Source: Mycobacteriaceae bacterium
GTDB taxonomy: Bacteria; Actinomycetota; Actinomycetes; Mycobacteriales; Mycobacteriaceae
Length of the DNA: 37,287 nt
Assembly (NCBI GenBank): GCA_013362555.1
Contig: JABFVX010000395.1
Location: 1 to 37,287 of the forward strand
Reading direction: 5' to 3'
The notes below the pieces were generated by a model. That model searched no databases. It saw nothing but the letters and a program-made list of their open reading frames with translations, and had not been told where the DNA came from. Position 1 is the stretch's first letter. Each line of letters starts with the position of its first letter. Shown here piece after piece: positions 16,757 through 24,952 of this stretch. Position numbers and translations under genes: made by a program.

Positions 16757-18391
16757 ATGATGAGGCTGCCCGGAGTTGGGTTGGTCAACCGCATTGCGGT
16801 GGAAGTGCATGCCGTCGCCACGGTGACGAGGGCCGGAATGTTGGGTTGGGCGGCGCCCGGCGCGGTCGTGGAGATGGCGCAGGCACTGCTGGGGTTCGGC
16901 CCGGTCGGCGCGGCGATCCGGGTGTCCGCCCTGCGCTTCGGGGACCGGGCCGCGCTGGTCGACGAGCTCGGCTCGCTGACCTACGCCGAGCTGGACCAGC
17001 GGTCCAACGCGCTGGCGAATGCCTGGCGGAGCCAGGGAATCGCCGACGGCGCGAGCGTCGGCGTCCTGTGCCGCAACCACCGCGGATTCCTGGACGTGAT
17101 GTTCGCCGCCGCCAAGGCCGGCGTGCGCGCGCTGTATCTCAACACCGACTTCTCCGGACCGCAGGCCGCCGACGTGTGCCTGCGGGAGGGCGTCGACGCG
17201 CTGGTGTACGACGAAGAATTCACCGAAGTGGTGGCGAATGTCGTTGCGCCTAAAGGCCGTTTCTTGGCCTGGGTCGAGGACGTCGCGGCGGGCGAGCGGC
17301 CGGCGACGGTGGAATCGCTTATTGCGGCGGCTGATTCGACGGTGCCGAGCAAGCCGGTGCGGCCGGGAGCGGTCGTCATGCTGACCAGCGGCACCACCGG
17401 CCTGCCCAAGGGCGCGCCGCGCAAGCAGCCGCTCTCGATGGTGATCCCGGGTGCGCTGCTGGAGCGGATTCCGTTGCGGGGCAACGAAGGCGTCTACGTC
17501 GCCCCGCCAATGTTCCACGCGTGGGGCTTCATCAGCTCGCTGCTGGCGCTGGGCGTGGGCGCCACGTTGGTGACCCGCCGCCGCTTCGACCCGGAGGCGG
17601 TGCTGGATGCCGTGGAGCGGCAGCGCTGCGGCGCCCTGGTGGTGGTGCCGGTCATGCTCAAGCGCATGCTGGCGCTCGGCGACGCCGAGATCCGCCGCCG
17701 CGACCTGGCTGCGCTGCACGTGATCGCCAGCGGCGGAGCGCAATTGGAAGGGCCGCTGTGCACCCGGGTGATGGACTTGTTCGGCGACGTGGTCTACAGC
17801 GTGTACGGCTCAACCGAGTGCGGCGATGCCACCATCGCGACGCCTGCCGACCTGCGCGCCGCGCCCGCGTGTGTCGGCACTGCGCCGTTCGGGGTCACCG
17901 TCAAGGTCCTCGACGAGCACGGCAGGCCTGTGCCCGCGGGGCGGACCGGGCGAATCTTCGTCGGCAACACCATGTCGTTCGCCGGGTACACCGGAGGCGG
18001 CACCAAAGAGATGGTCGACGGGCTGATGTCCACCGGTGATGTGGGCCATTTCGACTCGGCTGGCCGTCTTTTCATCGACGGCAGGGACGACGACATGATC
18101 GTCTCCGGCGGCGAGAACGTCTTCCCGCAGGAGGTCGAGGAGCTGCTCGCCGCCCATCCCGGAGTGTACGACGCCGCCGTCATCGGCGTGGACGACCCAG
18201 AGTTCGGAAAGGCGCTGCGCGCCTTCGTGGTCCGCCGCCCCGGCAGCGACCTCGACGAGAGCGAGGTACGCGGCTACGTGCGCGACAACCTCGCCCGCTA
18301 CAAGGCGCCGCGCTCGGTGGTGTTCCTGGACGAACTGCCCCGCAACCCGGCAGGCAAGGTCCTCAAACGCGAACTCCGCGCCCTGGCTTGA
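16757..18391 (+). CDS. AMP-dependent acyl-CoA synthetase/ligase (FadD-like)
   Basis: ORF 16757..18391(+). It has the AMP motif MLTSGTTGLPKGA, then YGSTE, GDVGHFDSAGRLFIDGRDDDMIVSGGENVFP and the C-terminal PRNPAGKVLKREL. Confidence 0.85.
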   Translation: MMRLPGVGLVNRIAVEVHAVATVTRAGMLGWAAPGAVVEMAQALLGFGPVGAAIRVSALRFGDRAALVDELGSLTYAELDQRSNALANAWRSQGIADGASVGVLCRNHRGFLDVMFAAAKAGVRALYLNTDFSGPQAADVCLREGVDALVYDEEFTEVVANVVAPKGRFLAWVEDVAAGERPATVESLIAAADSTVPSKPVRPGAVVMLTSGTTGLPKGAPRKQPLSMVIPGALLERIPLRGNEGVYVAPPMFHAWGFISSLLALGVGATLVTRRRFDPEAVLDAVERQRCGALVVVPVMLKRMLALGDAEIRRRDLAALHVIASGGAQLEGPLCTRVMDLFGDVVYSVYGSTECGDATIATPADLRAAPACVGTAPFGVTVKVLDEHGRPVPAGRTGRIFVGNTMSFAGYTGGGTKEMVDGLMSTGDVGHFDSAGRLFIDGRDDDMIVSGGENVFPQEVEELLAAHPGVYDAAVIGVDDPEFGKALRAFVVRRPGSDLDESEVRGYVRDNLARYKAPRSVVFLDELPRNPAGKVLKRELRALA

Positions 18392-18400
18392 GCCCCCATA

Positions 18401-18601
18401 CCTCCAGAACGACCCACGACGTGCGGTGTTGAATGGCGCTGCTCGCGAGGCCCTGCGTGGTTACGCACGCTGCCTCCTCGGGCCGCCGTCTCGCAGCGCG
18501 GTGTTGAATGGCGCTGCTCGCGAGGCCCTGCGTGGTTACGCAGGCTGCCTCCTCGGGCCGCCGTCTCGCAGCGGAACGCAACTCATGGGTCGTTCTGGAG
18601 G
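18401..18601. repeat. Family-1 palindromic repeat, composite copy with two tandem 75-bp inner modules
   Basis: Left arm 18401..18425 is cctccagaacgacccacgacgtgcg. Right arm 18577..18601 is cgcaactcatgggtcgttctggagg. The loop holds units 18426..18500 and 18501..18575 (period 75 bp). The two units differ at one position and at the last base or so. The element starts 9 nt after the fadD-like stop. Confidence 0.9.
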
Positions 18602-18619
18602 TGTGGATACAGTGCTTGG

Positions 18620-19909
18620 ATGCCAGTGACCAGCGCCAGTGCTGAAGGTTTGTGTACGTTCGTCGATGCCTCGCCGTCCCCGTTCCACGTCTGCGCGACC
18701 GTGTCGGCCGAGCTCGAGGCGCATGGGTTCGTCCGGCTCGCGGAGACGCAAGCCTGGCCCGCGGCCGCGGGGCGCTACTACGTGGTGCGCGGCGGTTCGC
18801 TGGTCGCATGGGCCGCAGCGGCGGCCCCGACGGGCGACCGGCCGCCGCCGTTCCGAGTGCTCGGGGGGCACACCGACAGCCCCAACCTGCGGGTCAAGCA
18901 GCACCCGGAGCTGTCGGTCGCGGGTTGGCGAGCGCTGGCGCTGGAACCCTACGGCGGCGTGCTGCTCAATTCGTGGCTGGATCGGGATCTCGGCATCTCG
19001 GGCAGGCTCGCGGTGCGCGACGGTGCGGGGGTGCGCGAGCACTTGGTGCGCATCGATGAGCCGGTCCTGCGGGTGCCGCAGTTGGCGATCCACCTCGCCG
19101 AAGACCGCAAGACGGTGGCGCTCAACCCGCAGTTGCACGTCAACGCCGTCTACGGGCTGGGCGAGACGCGCGACGGCGGCTTCCTCGGCCATGTCGCCGC
19201 CGCGGCCGGGGCGGAGGCGGACGCCGTGCTCGGATTCGACCTGATGACCCACGACCTGGCGCCGAGCGCGCTGGTCGGCGTGGACCGCGAGCTCGTGGCC
19301 GCCCCGCGGTTGGACAACCAAGGCACCTGCTACGCCGGGCTCGCGGCGTTCGTGGCCGCCGTGGCCGAGCCGACCACCGCGACCCCGGTGTTGGCGTTGT
19401 TCGACCACGAGGAGGTGGGCAGCCAATCCGAGCGCGGTGCGCAGTCGGACCTGCTGCCCGCGGTGCTGGAGCGCATCGTGCTGGCCCGCGGCGGCGACCG
19501 CGCGGAGTTTCTGGCGACGCTGGCCGGGTCGATCTGCGTGTCCGGCGACATGGCCCACGCCACCCACCCGAACTACGCCGACCGCCACGAGCCCGCGCAC
19601 CGCATCGTGGCGGGCGGCGGCCCGGTACTCAAGGTGAACCAGAACCTGCGGTATGCCACCGACGCCGCGGGCGCCGCCGCCTTCGCCCTGGCCTGCGCGC
19701 AGGCGGACGTGCCGATGCAGCGCTACGTCCACCGCGCCGACCTGCCCTGCGGCTCCACCGTCGGCCCGATGACGGCCGCGCGCACCGGCATGACCACCGT
19801 CGACGTCGGCGCCCCGCAGCTGGCCATGCACTCCGCCCGCGAACTCATGGCCGCCGCCGACGTCCCCGCCTACGCCGAGGCCCTCGCGGCATTCCTGGCC
19901 CCCGCCTAA
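18620..19909 (+). CDS. M18-family aminopeptidase (aspartyl aminopeptidase-like; PepC of mycobacteria)
   Basis: ORF 18620..19909(+). It has [35 protein letters not shown] and [13 protein letters not shown] 18536..20755(-) is a shadow frame. Confidence 0.85.
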   Translation: MPVTSASAEGLCTFVDASPSPFHVCATVSAELEAHGFVRLAETQAWPAAAGRYYVVRGGSLVAWAAAAAPTGDRPPPFRVLGGHTDSPNLRVKQHPELSVAGWRALALEPYGGVLLNSWLDRDLGISGRLAVRDGAGVREHLVRIDEPVLRVPQLAIHLAEDRKTVALNPQLHVNAVYGLGETRDGGFLGHVAAAAGAEADAVLGFDLMTHDLAPSALVGVDRELVAAPRLDNQGTCYAGLAAFVAAVAEPTTATPVLALFDHEEVGSQSERGAQSDLLPAVLERIVLARGGDRAEFLATLAGSICVSGDMAHATHPNYADRHEPAHRIVAGGGPVLKVNQNLRYATDAAGAAAFALACAQADVPMQRYVHRADLPCGSTVGPMTAARTGMTTVDVGAPQLAMHSARELMAAADVPAYAEALAAFLAPA

Positions 19910-19918
19910 CTCCCCAGA

Positions 19919-19982
19919 CCTACACCCGAAGCGCGCGTTTACACCCGCACCTGCGGGTGTAAACGCACGCTTCGGGTGTAGG
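19919..19982. repeat. Family-2 palindromic repeat
   Basis: Sequence is cctacacccgaagcgcgcgtttacacccgc-acct-gcgggtgtaaacgcacgcttcgggtgtagg (30-bp arms, 1 mismatch). It starts 9 nt after the aminopeptidase stop. Confidence 0.9.
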
Positions 19983-20041
19983 CCTCCGGGTGTGGGGCTA
20001 GAGTGTGGACGAGATTTGGACACTGTAAAGGGGTATGTGTC

Positions 20042-20818
20042 GTGTTCGCTGAACTGTTTGCGGACCTGTGGGCCGAGGGCGAGGCGCTCGACGCGATCGT
20101 GGCCGAGCTGCCCGCAGCGGACTGGGCCTTGCCCACTCCGGCGCGGGGATGGACTGTCGCGCACCAGATTGCGCACCTGGCCTGGACCGACGAGGTGGCG
20201 GTGCTGGCCGCCGAGCAGCCCGACGCGTTTCTCGCCCAGTTGCAGTCGGTCGCCGACCCGTTCACCTATGTGGACCGGATGGCCGAGGTCGGCGCCGCCG
20301 CGCCGCCCGCGGAGCTGCTGGCCCGTTGGCGGGCAGGTCGGGTCCGCCTGGTCGAGGCATTGCGCACTGTGCCCGCTGACGCCAAGCTCCTCTGGTTCGG
20401 CCCGCCCATGAAACCCGCCTCGATGGCGACCGCCCGGCTCATGGAGACCTGGGCGCACGGCCTCGACGTGGCCGAGGCAGTCGGCGCCGCCGTCGAGCCC
20501 ACGGCGCGGCTGCGCCACATCGCCCGCCTCGGCGTGCGCACCAGGGATTTCGCCTACCAGGTCCGCGGCCTGACGCCGCCCGCGGCGCAATTCCGCGTCG
20601 AGCTCACCGCCCCGGACGGCGAATTGTGGACGTTCGGACCCGACGCCGCCGCGCAGCGAGTCACCGGGCCTGCGCTCGACTTCGTCTTGTTGGCCGCCCG
20701 CCGCCGGCACCGGGCCGACCTGGCCCTGCGCCCGGAAGGGCCCGACGCCGACCACTGGCTCGACATCGCCCAGTGCTTCGCGGGCCCGCCGGGCGAGGAC
20801 CCCCGCCCGCGCGTGTAA
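20042..20818 (+). CDS. Mycothiol-dependent maleylpyruvate-isomerase-N (DinB-like) domain protein, TIGR03084-type
   Basis: Same frame as ORF 20003..20818(+). I chose GTG at 20042 (VFAELFADLWAEGEALD...), with AAAGGGG about 12 nt upstream. It has WTVAHQIAHLAWTDE and METWAHGLDV. The track start lies just after the family-2 repeat. Confidence 0.65.
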   Translation: MFAELFADLWAEGEALDAIVAELPAADWALPTPARGWTVAHQIAHLAWTDEVAVLAAEQPDAFLAQLQSVADPFTYVDRMAEVGAAAPPAELLARWRAGRVRLVEALRTVPADAKLLWFGPPMKPASMATARLMETWAHGLDVAEAVGAAVEPTARLRHIARLGVRTRDFAYQVRGLTPPAAQFRVELTAPDGELWTFGPDAAAQRVTGPALDFVLLAARRRHRADLALRPEGPDADHWLDIAQCFAGPPGEDPRPRV

Positions 20819-20819
20819 T

Positions 20820-21007
20820 CCTAAGAATCCTTAGGTAATTCAGCGGTAACTTCTGGGGGGATTCTCAGGTTTGACCGGTTGACTTGCGTTACTGCCACCG
20901 CGAGCCCCAATCCCTCACTGACGGCACGGGGGGCAGGGCCGGTCACTTGGCGAGGCCGGTAGCCCGCGAACCAATGCCCGGACCGTTCCTCATCCGGTCC
21001 GGGCATT
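20820..21007. ncRNA. Candidate structured small RNA or regulatory RNA; strand unresolved
   Basis: GC is unusually low: my hand count is about 49% over 20820..20897, against about 70% around it. Hairpin cctaag-aatc-cttagg is at 20820..20835. Two G6 runs (C6 on the minus strand) at 20855..20860 and 20928..20933 each fall in the loop of a foldable hairpin. A perfect 13-bp stem, aatgcccggaccg-ttcctcatc-cggtccgggcatt, is at 20973..21007. The overlapping 61-aa ORF has A/T-rich third positions and does not look coding. Confidence 0.35.
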
Positions 21008-21053
21008 GATCGTGGGCGACTCCCGACTTCCGGGCGTTCAGGGCGCTGCGCGA

Positions 21054-21110
21054 ACCTCCAGAATGACCCGTGACGTGCGCTGGGCGCACGTCACGGGTCA
21101 TTCTGGAGGT
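21054..21110. repeat. Family-1 palindromic repeat (perfect 27-bp arms, 3-nt loop), upstream of purL
   Basis: Sequence is acctccagaatgacccgtgacgtgcgc-tgg-gcgcacgtcacgggtcattctggaggt. Confidence 0.9.
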
Positions 21111-21127
21111 CCGTAGGCTCGGGATCT

Positions 21128-21153
21128 GATATATACGGATATCCGGATATATG
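21128..21153 (+). promoter_or_regulatory. AT-rich palindromic segment; candidate purL promoter and/or operator
   Basis: Sequence is gatatatacggatatccggatatatg. It contains the perfect 12-bp palindrome ATATCCGGATAT, the direct repeat CGGATAT x2 and TATATA/TATATG -10-like hexamers. It lies about 130 nt upstream of the purL GTG, in a genome that is otherwise about 70% GC. Confidence 0.4.
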
Positions 21154-21282
21154 CCTGAGCGGAGCTGGACGCCGTGGTGTCGAGGCCCGGTGCTGGACGC
21201 GGTGGCGTCGACGGGGCCGCGGCAGGGCCGTTTAGACTGGTTGCGGCCTCCCCCCGACTCATGGTTAGGAACCTTGCGCGCC

Positions 21283-23595
21283 GTGTCCCAGAACCGTGTC
21301 GATACCGTCAGCCATGCCGTCGCGACTCCGGACGTGCCGCAGCCCTACCGGGAACTGGGCCTCAAGGACGACGAGTACGCCCGGATCAAGGAGATTCTCG
21401 GCCGCCGCCCGACCGACGCCGAGCTGGCGATGTATTCGGTGATGTGGAGCGAGCACTGCTCCTACAAGTCCTCCAAGGTGCACCTGCGCTATTTCGGCGA
21501 GACCACGACCGAGGACATGCGCAAGTCGATGTTGGCGGGCATCGGAGAGAACGCGGGCGTCGTCGACATCGGCGACGGCTGGGCGGTCACGTTCAAGGTG
21601 GAGAGCCACAACCACCCGTCCTATGTCGAGCCGTACCAGGGCGCGGCGACCGGCGTCGGCGGCATCGTGCGCGACATCATGGCCATGGGTGCGCGCCCGA
21701 TCGCGGTCATGGACCAGCTCCGCTTCGGAGCGGCCGACCACCCCGACACCCGGCGCGTGGTCGACGGCGTCGTGCGCGGCGTCGGCGGCTACGGCAACTC
21801 CCTCGGCCTGCCCAACGTGGGCGGCGAGACCGTCTTCGATCCCTCCTACCAGGGCAACCCGCTGGTGAACGCGCTGTGTGCGGGCGTGATGCGGGTCGAG
21901 GACCTGCATCTGGCGTTCGCCTCGGGCCAGGGCAACAAGATCATTCTGTTCGGTGCGCGCACCGGCTTGGACGGCATCGGCGGCGTCTCGGTGCTGGCGT
22001 CGGACACCTTCTCCGGCGACGAGTCCGAGACGGGCCGCAAGAAGCTGCCCAGCGTGCAGGTCGGCGACCCGTTCACCGAGAAAGTGCTCATCGAGTGCTG
22101 CCTCGAGCTGTATTCCGCCGGCTTGGTGGTCGGCATCCAGGATCTCGGCGGAGCCGGATTGTCCTGTGCCACTTCCGAACTCGCTGCCGCTGGGGACGGC
22201 GGCATGCACATCGACCTGACCAGGGTGCCGCTGCGCGCCGCGAACATGACCCCGGCCGAGGTTCTCTCCAGCGAGTCGCAGGAACGCATGTGCGCCGTGG
22301 TGACGCCGGAGAACGTGGACGCGTTCATGGCGGTGTGCCGCAAGTGGGACGTGCTGGCCACTGCCATCGGCGAGGTCACCGACGGCGACCGGCTGCAGAT
22401 CAGCTGGCACGGCGAGACCGTCGTCGACGTGCCGCCGCGCACCGTCGCCCACCAGGGCCCGGTGTACGAGCGCCCGGTGGCCCGCCCGGCCGCGCAGGAC
22501 GCGCTCAATGCCGACACCACCGCGAACCTGCCGCGCCCGAAGACCGGCGACGAGCTGCGCGCGACGCTGCTGGCCATGCTGGCGAGTCCGCAGCTGTGCA
22601 GCCGCCGCTGGATCACCGAACAGTACGACCGCTACGTGCGCGGCAACACGGTGCTGGCCGAGCACGCCGACGCCGGCGTCGTCCGCATCGACGAGCAGAC
22701 CGGCCGCGGCATCGCCCTCGCGACCGACGCCTCCGGCCGATACACCAAGCTGGACCCGTACACCGGAGCGCAGCTGGCGCTGGCCGAGGCCTACCGCAAC
22801 GTGGCCACCACCGGGGCCACCCCGAAGGCCGTCACCAACTGTCTCAACTTCGGCTCCCCGGAGGACCCGGGCGTGATGTGGCAGTTCCAGCAGGCGGTTC
22901 GCGGACTCGCGGACGGCTGTGCGGCGCTGGGTATTCCGGTCACCGGCGGAAACGTCAGCTTCTACAACCAGACCGGCGCCACCGCGATCCTGCCCACCCC
23001 GGTGGTCGGCGTGCTCGGCGTCATCGACGACGTGCACCGCCGCACCCCGACCGGTTTCGGCGCGGACCCGGGCGACACCCTGATCCTGTTGGGAGAGACT
23101 CGCGACGAGCTGGACGGCTCCATCTGGGCCCAGGTCGCCCACGACCACCTCGGCGGTGTGCCGCCCAAGGCCGACCTCGCCCGCGAGCAGCTGCTGGCCG
23201 AGGTGCTGGTCTCCGCGTCCCGCGACGGCTTGCTCAACGCCGCCCACGACCTGTCCGAAGGCGGTCTCGCCCAAGCCGTGGTCGAGGCCTGCCTGGCGGG
23301 CGAATCCGGTTGCCGCATCGTGCTTCCCGAGAACGAAGACGGGAGCGGCGCCGACCCGTTCGTGTGGCTGTTCTCCGAATCGGCGGGCCGCGTCCTGGTG
23401 GCGGTGCCGCGCACCGAGGAGACCCGTTTCACCCGCATGTGCGACGCCCGCGGCCTGCCGTGGACCCGCATCGGCGTGGCCGACGCCGCCATGGATTCGG
23501 TTGAGGTGCAAGGCCAGTTCACGGTGCCGCTCGCCGAACTCCGGGCCGCCTTCGAAGCCACGCTGCCCGCCCTCTTCGGCCACGGCGCGGTCTGA
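21283..23595 (+). CDS. purL: Phosphoribosylformylglycinamidine synthase subunit PurL
   Basis: Same frame as ORF 21151..23595(+). I chose GTG at 21283 ([32 protein letters not shown]...), which matches the N-terminus of mycobacterial PurL as I recall it. It also has [12 protein letters not shown] and ESHNHPS. ORFs 21174..23504(+) and 21265..23985(-) are shadow frames. Confidence 0.9.
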   Translation: MSQNRVDTVSHAVATPDVPQPYRELGLKDDEYARIKEILGRRPTDAELAMYSVMWSEHCSYKSSKVHLRYFGETTTEDMRKSMLAGIGENAGVVDIGDGWAVTFKVESHNHPSYVEPYQGAATGVGGIVRDIMAMGARPIAVMDQLRFGAADHPDTRRVVDGVVRGVGGYGNSLGLPNVGGETVFDPSYQGNPLVNALCAGVMRVEDLHLAFASGQGNKIILFGARTGLDGIGGVSVLASDTFSGDESETGRKKLPSVQVGDPFTEKVLIECCLELYSAGLVVGIQDLGGAGLSCATSELAAAGDGGMHIDLTRVPLRAANMTPAEVLSSESQERMCAVVTPENVDAFMAVCRKWDVLATAIGEVTDGDRLQISWHGETVVDVPPRTVAHQGPVYERPVARPAAQDALNADTTANLPRPKTGDELRATLLAMLASPQLCSRRWITEQYDRYVRGNTVLAEHADAGVVRIDEQTGRGIALATDASGRYTKLDPYTGAQLALAEAYRNVATTGATPKAVTNCLNFGSPEDPGVMWQFQQAVRGLADGCAALGIPVTGGNVSFYNQTGATAILPTPVVGVLGVIDDVHRRTPTGFGADPGDTLILLGETRDELDGSIWAQVAHDHLGGVPPKADLAREQLLAEVLVSASRDGLLNAAHDLSEGGLAQAVVEACLAGESGCRIVLPENEDGSGADPFVWLFSESAGRVLVAVPRTEETRFTRMCDARGLPWTRIGVADAAMDSVEVQGQFTVPLAELRAAFEATLPALFGHGAV

Positions 23596-23622
23596 CTCGC
23601 CCGCGCGGGACAGGAGGACGAC

Positions 23623-24018
23623 ATGCCACCCCGGTCGGCGCCGGACCCGGCGCGCGTGCGCGCGGCCGTGTCGGCGGTGGCCGCGTGGCTGCGCGACGAC
23701 ACCGCGCCCGCGCCCGAGCGCGCCGAGCTGGCCGCCGCGGTCCGCCTCACGGCCCGCAGCCTCGCCGCCACCGCGCCCGGTGCGTCCGTGGAGGTCCGCG
23801 TCCCGCCGTTCGTCGCGGTCCAGTGCATCGAAGGACCGAGCCACACCCGCGGTACCCCGCCCAACGTCGTCGAGACCGACCCCCGCACCTGGCTTCTCCT
23901 CGCCACCGGCCTGCTCGCGTACGACACGGCCGCGGATTCCGGAGCGCTCGCGGCCTCCGGCTCCCGCGCCCCCGACATAGCTCACTGGCTCCCCCTGGTG
24001 CGCTCAGCCCAGCCGTAA
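23623..24018 (+). CDS. Sterol-carrier-family / MDMPI_C-like small conserved protein
   Basis: ORF 23623..24018(+), 131 aa. AGGAGG lies 6 nt upstream. The position immediately after purL is conserved in actinobacteria. The family assignment is from memory of the typical annotation. Its last codons and stop lie inside the palindrome at 24012..24090. Confidence 0.5.
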   Translation: MPPRSAPDPARVRAAVSAVAAWLRDDTAPAPERAELAAAVRLTARSLAATAPGASVEVRVPPFVAVQCIEGPSHTRGTPPNVVETDPRTWLLLATGLLAYDTAADSGALAASGSRAPDIAHWLPLVRSAQP

Positions 24019-24090
24019 CCCTTTGTCCGGAATGACCCGCGACGTGCGTTAAACGCACGTCGCGGGTCATTCCGGACAAAGGGTTACGGC
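24012..24090. repeat. Family-1 palindromic repeat, extended: perfect 39-bp arms around a single central base
   Basis: Sequence is gccgtaaccctttgtccggaatgacccgcgacgtgcgtt-a-aacgcacgtcgcgggtcattccggacaaagggttacggc. I verified it base by base. It contains TAA 24016..24018 (plus-strand gene) and TAA on the minus strand at 24086..24084. Confidence 0.95.
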
Positions 24091-24845
24091 GGTGGGGTGA
24101 CTCGGGCGGTGGCGCGGAGGTCGGAGTCGACGGCGAACCACAGGTCCAGGGCGGCGTCGGTGCGGCGGGCCCCCAGGGTGAGCTTGTCGCCGGTGCGCAG
24201 CGGCTTGGCGTACTCGATGACCACGCGGTGCGGGCGCGACACCAAGTCGGGGTGGTGGGCGAGGACTTCCTCCAGGCCGCCGAGGTGCACCGCGTTGTTG
24301 ACCATGTCGAGCAGGTCGATGTCCGCGATTCGGAGGGGGAAGGACACGTGCTCCAGGCTCGCGGCGTCGGCGGGGAGCGGCTCGGTGAGGGCGGGCTTCC
24401 ACCGTAGCCGGTGTTCGGCGGTGCCCGCGAGCATCGGGGCCATGAACTCGTCGCTCATCCGGGCGGGCATGCCGGTGTCGGTGCTGACGTGAATGAGGAA
24501 CTGCTCGGCCTCGATGCGCCCGCCGTTGCTGCCGTCGATCCTGATGCGCATGTTGCACCACCGGTTGGACAGCGCCGAACACCAGCGCTGCAAGTCCACC
24601 CGCTCGCGGAACTCGATCGGCGCGTGCACGTCGATGACGTTGCGCCGGGTCACCCAGCCCGGGTGGTTCTCGCTGTCGTCGACAGCGTCGAGGTTCTCGT
24701 AGCCCACGTCCTGCAGGTAGCGCGCCACGGCGTCGAGCCGCAGCCTGCCCGCGCCGTCCGTGTCGGCGAACCGCACCGGCCACCCGGTGGTGAAATACGG
24801 CGTCGCCTCGGAGGGCCGGTCCGGGAGCACACTGGCGAGAACCAT
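24084..24845 (-). CDS. Acyl-ACP/acyl-CoA thioesterase (hotdog fold)
   Basis: It is the lower part of track ORF 24084..26321(-). I chose ATG at 24845 (MVLASVLPDRPSE...). The stretch FADTDGAGRLRLDAVARYLQDV...RWCNMRIRI is typical of acyl-ACP-thioesterase-domain proteins. Confidence 0.65.
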   Translation of the reverse strand: MVLASVLPDRPSEATPYFTTGWPVRFADTDGAGRLRLDAVARYLQDVGYENLDAVDDSENHPGWVTRRNVIDVHAPIEFRERVDLQRWCSALSNRWCNMRIRIDGSNGGRIEAEQFLIHVSTDTGMPARMSDEFMAPMLAGTAEHRLRWKPALTEPLPADAASLEHVSFPLRIADIDLLDMVNNAVHLGGLEEVLAHHPDLVSRPHRVVIEYAKPLRTGDKLTLGARRTDAALDLWFAVDSDLRATARVTPPP

Positions 24846-24869
24846 GCCCGCGAGCCTAGTCCCCGGATC

Positions 24870-24947
24870 CAGACGCACCCCTTCTTGCCTGCCGCACCGG
24901 CTTCCGCAGGCCATTTCCGGTGCGGCCGGCAAGAAGGGGTGCGTTTG
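24870..24947. repeat. Family-3 palindromic repeat
   Basis: Sequence is cagacgcaccccttcttgcctgccgcaccgg-(16 nt)-ccggtgcggccggcaagaaggggtgcgtttg; 29 of 31 positions are complementary. It lies 5 nt from the stop of the YhgE-like gene and 24 nt upstream of the thioesterase start. Confidence 0.9.
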
Positions 24948-24952
24948 TGGGA

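Noticed and set aside
18426-18575. The tandem 75-bp units as a possible CRISPR array.
   Set aside because: There are only two units, directly abutting with no unique spacers. They are embedded in a hairpin repeat, no cas genes are present, and the same unit occurs singly at 2634..2708.
18363-18809. ORFs that translate across the palindromic repeats: 5396..5656(+), 14515..14925(+), 16558..16821(-), 18363..18809(-), 18426..18629(+), 23747..24079(-) and 27763..28047(-). They show recurring peptides such as MTHELR..., [15 protein letters not shown] and HPKRAFTPA.
   Set aside because: The recurring peptide motifs simply mirror the DNA repeats. They appear on both strands and in different frames, have no SD and are flanked by non-coding-like composition.
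20821-21006. The 61-aa ORF on the minus strand upstream of purL.
   Set aside because: Its third codon positions are A/T-rich, unlike every real gene here. It starts inside a perfect palindrome that reads ATGCCCGGACC on both strands. It has no SD. The region is better explained as structured non-coding DNA or RNA.
20820-21282. A ZTP (pfl) or other purine-pathway riboswitch in the purL upstream region.
   Set aside because: I looked for the conserved ZTP blocks as I remember them (UGACUGGCG ... CCGCCUGGGC). I found only weak resemblances (cacttggcga; ccggtccgggca), and these are already explained by a simple 13-bp hairpin. No convincing match was found. Only a covariance-model scan could settle it.
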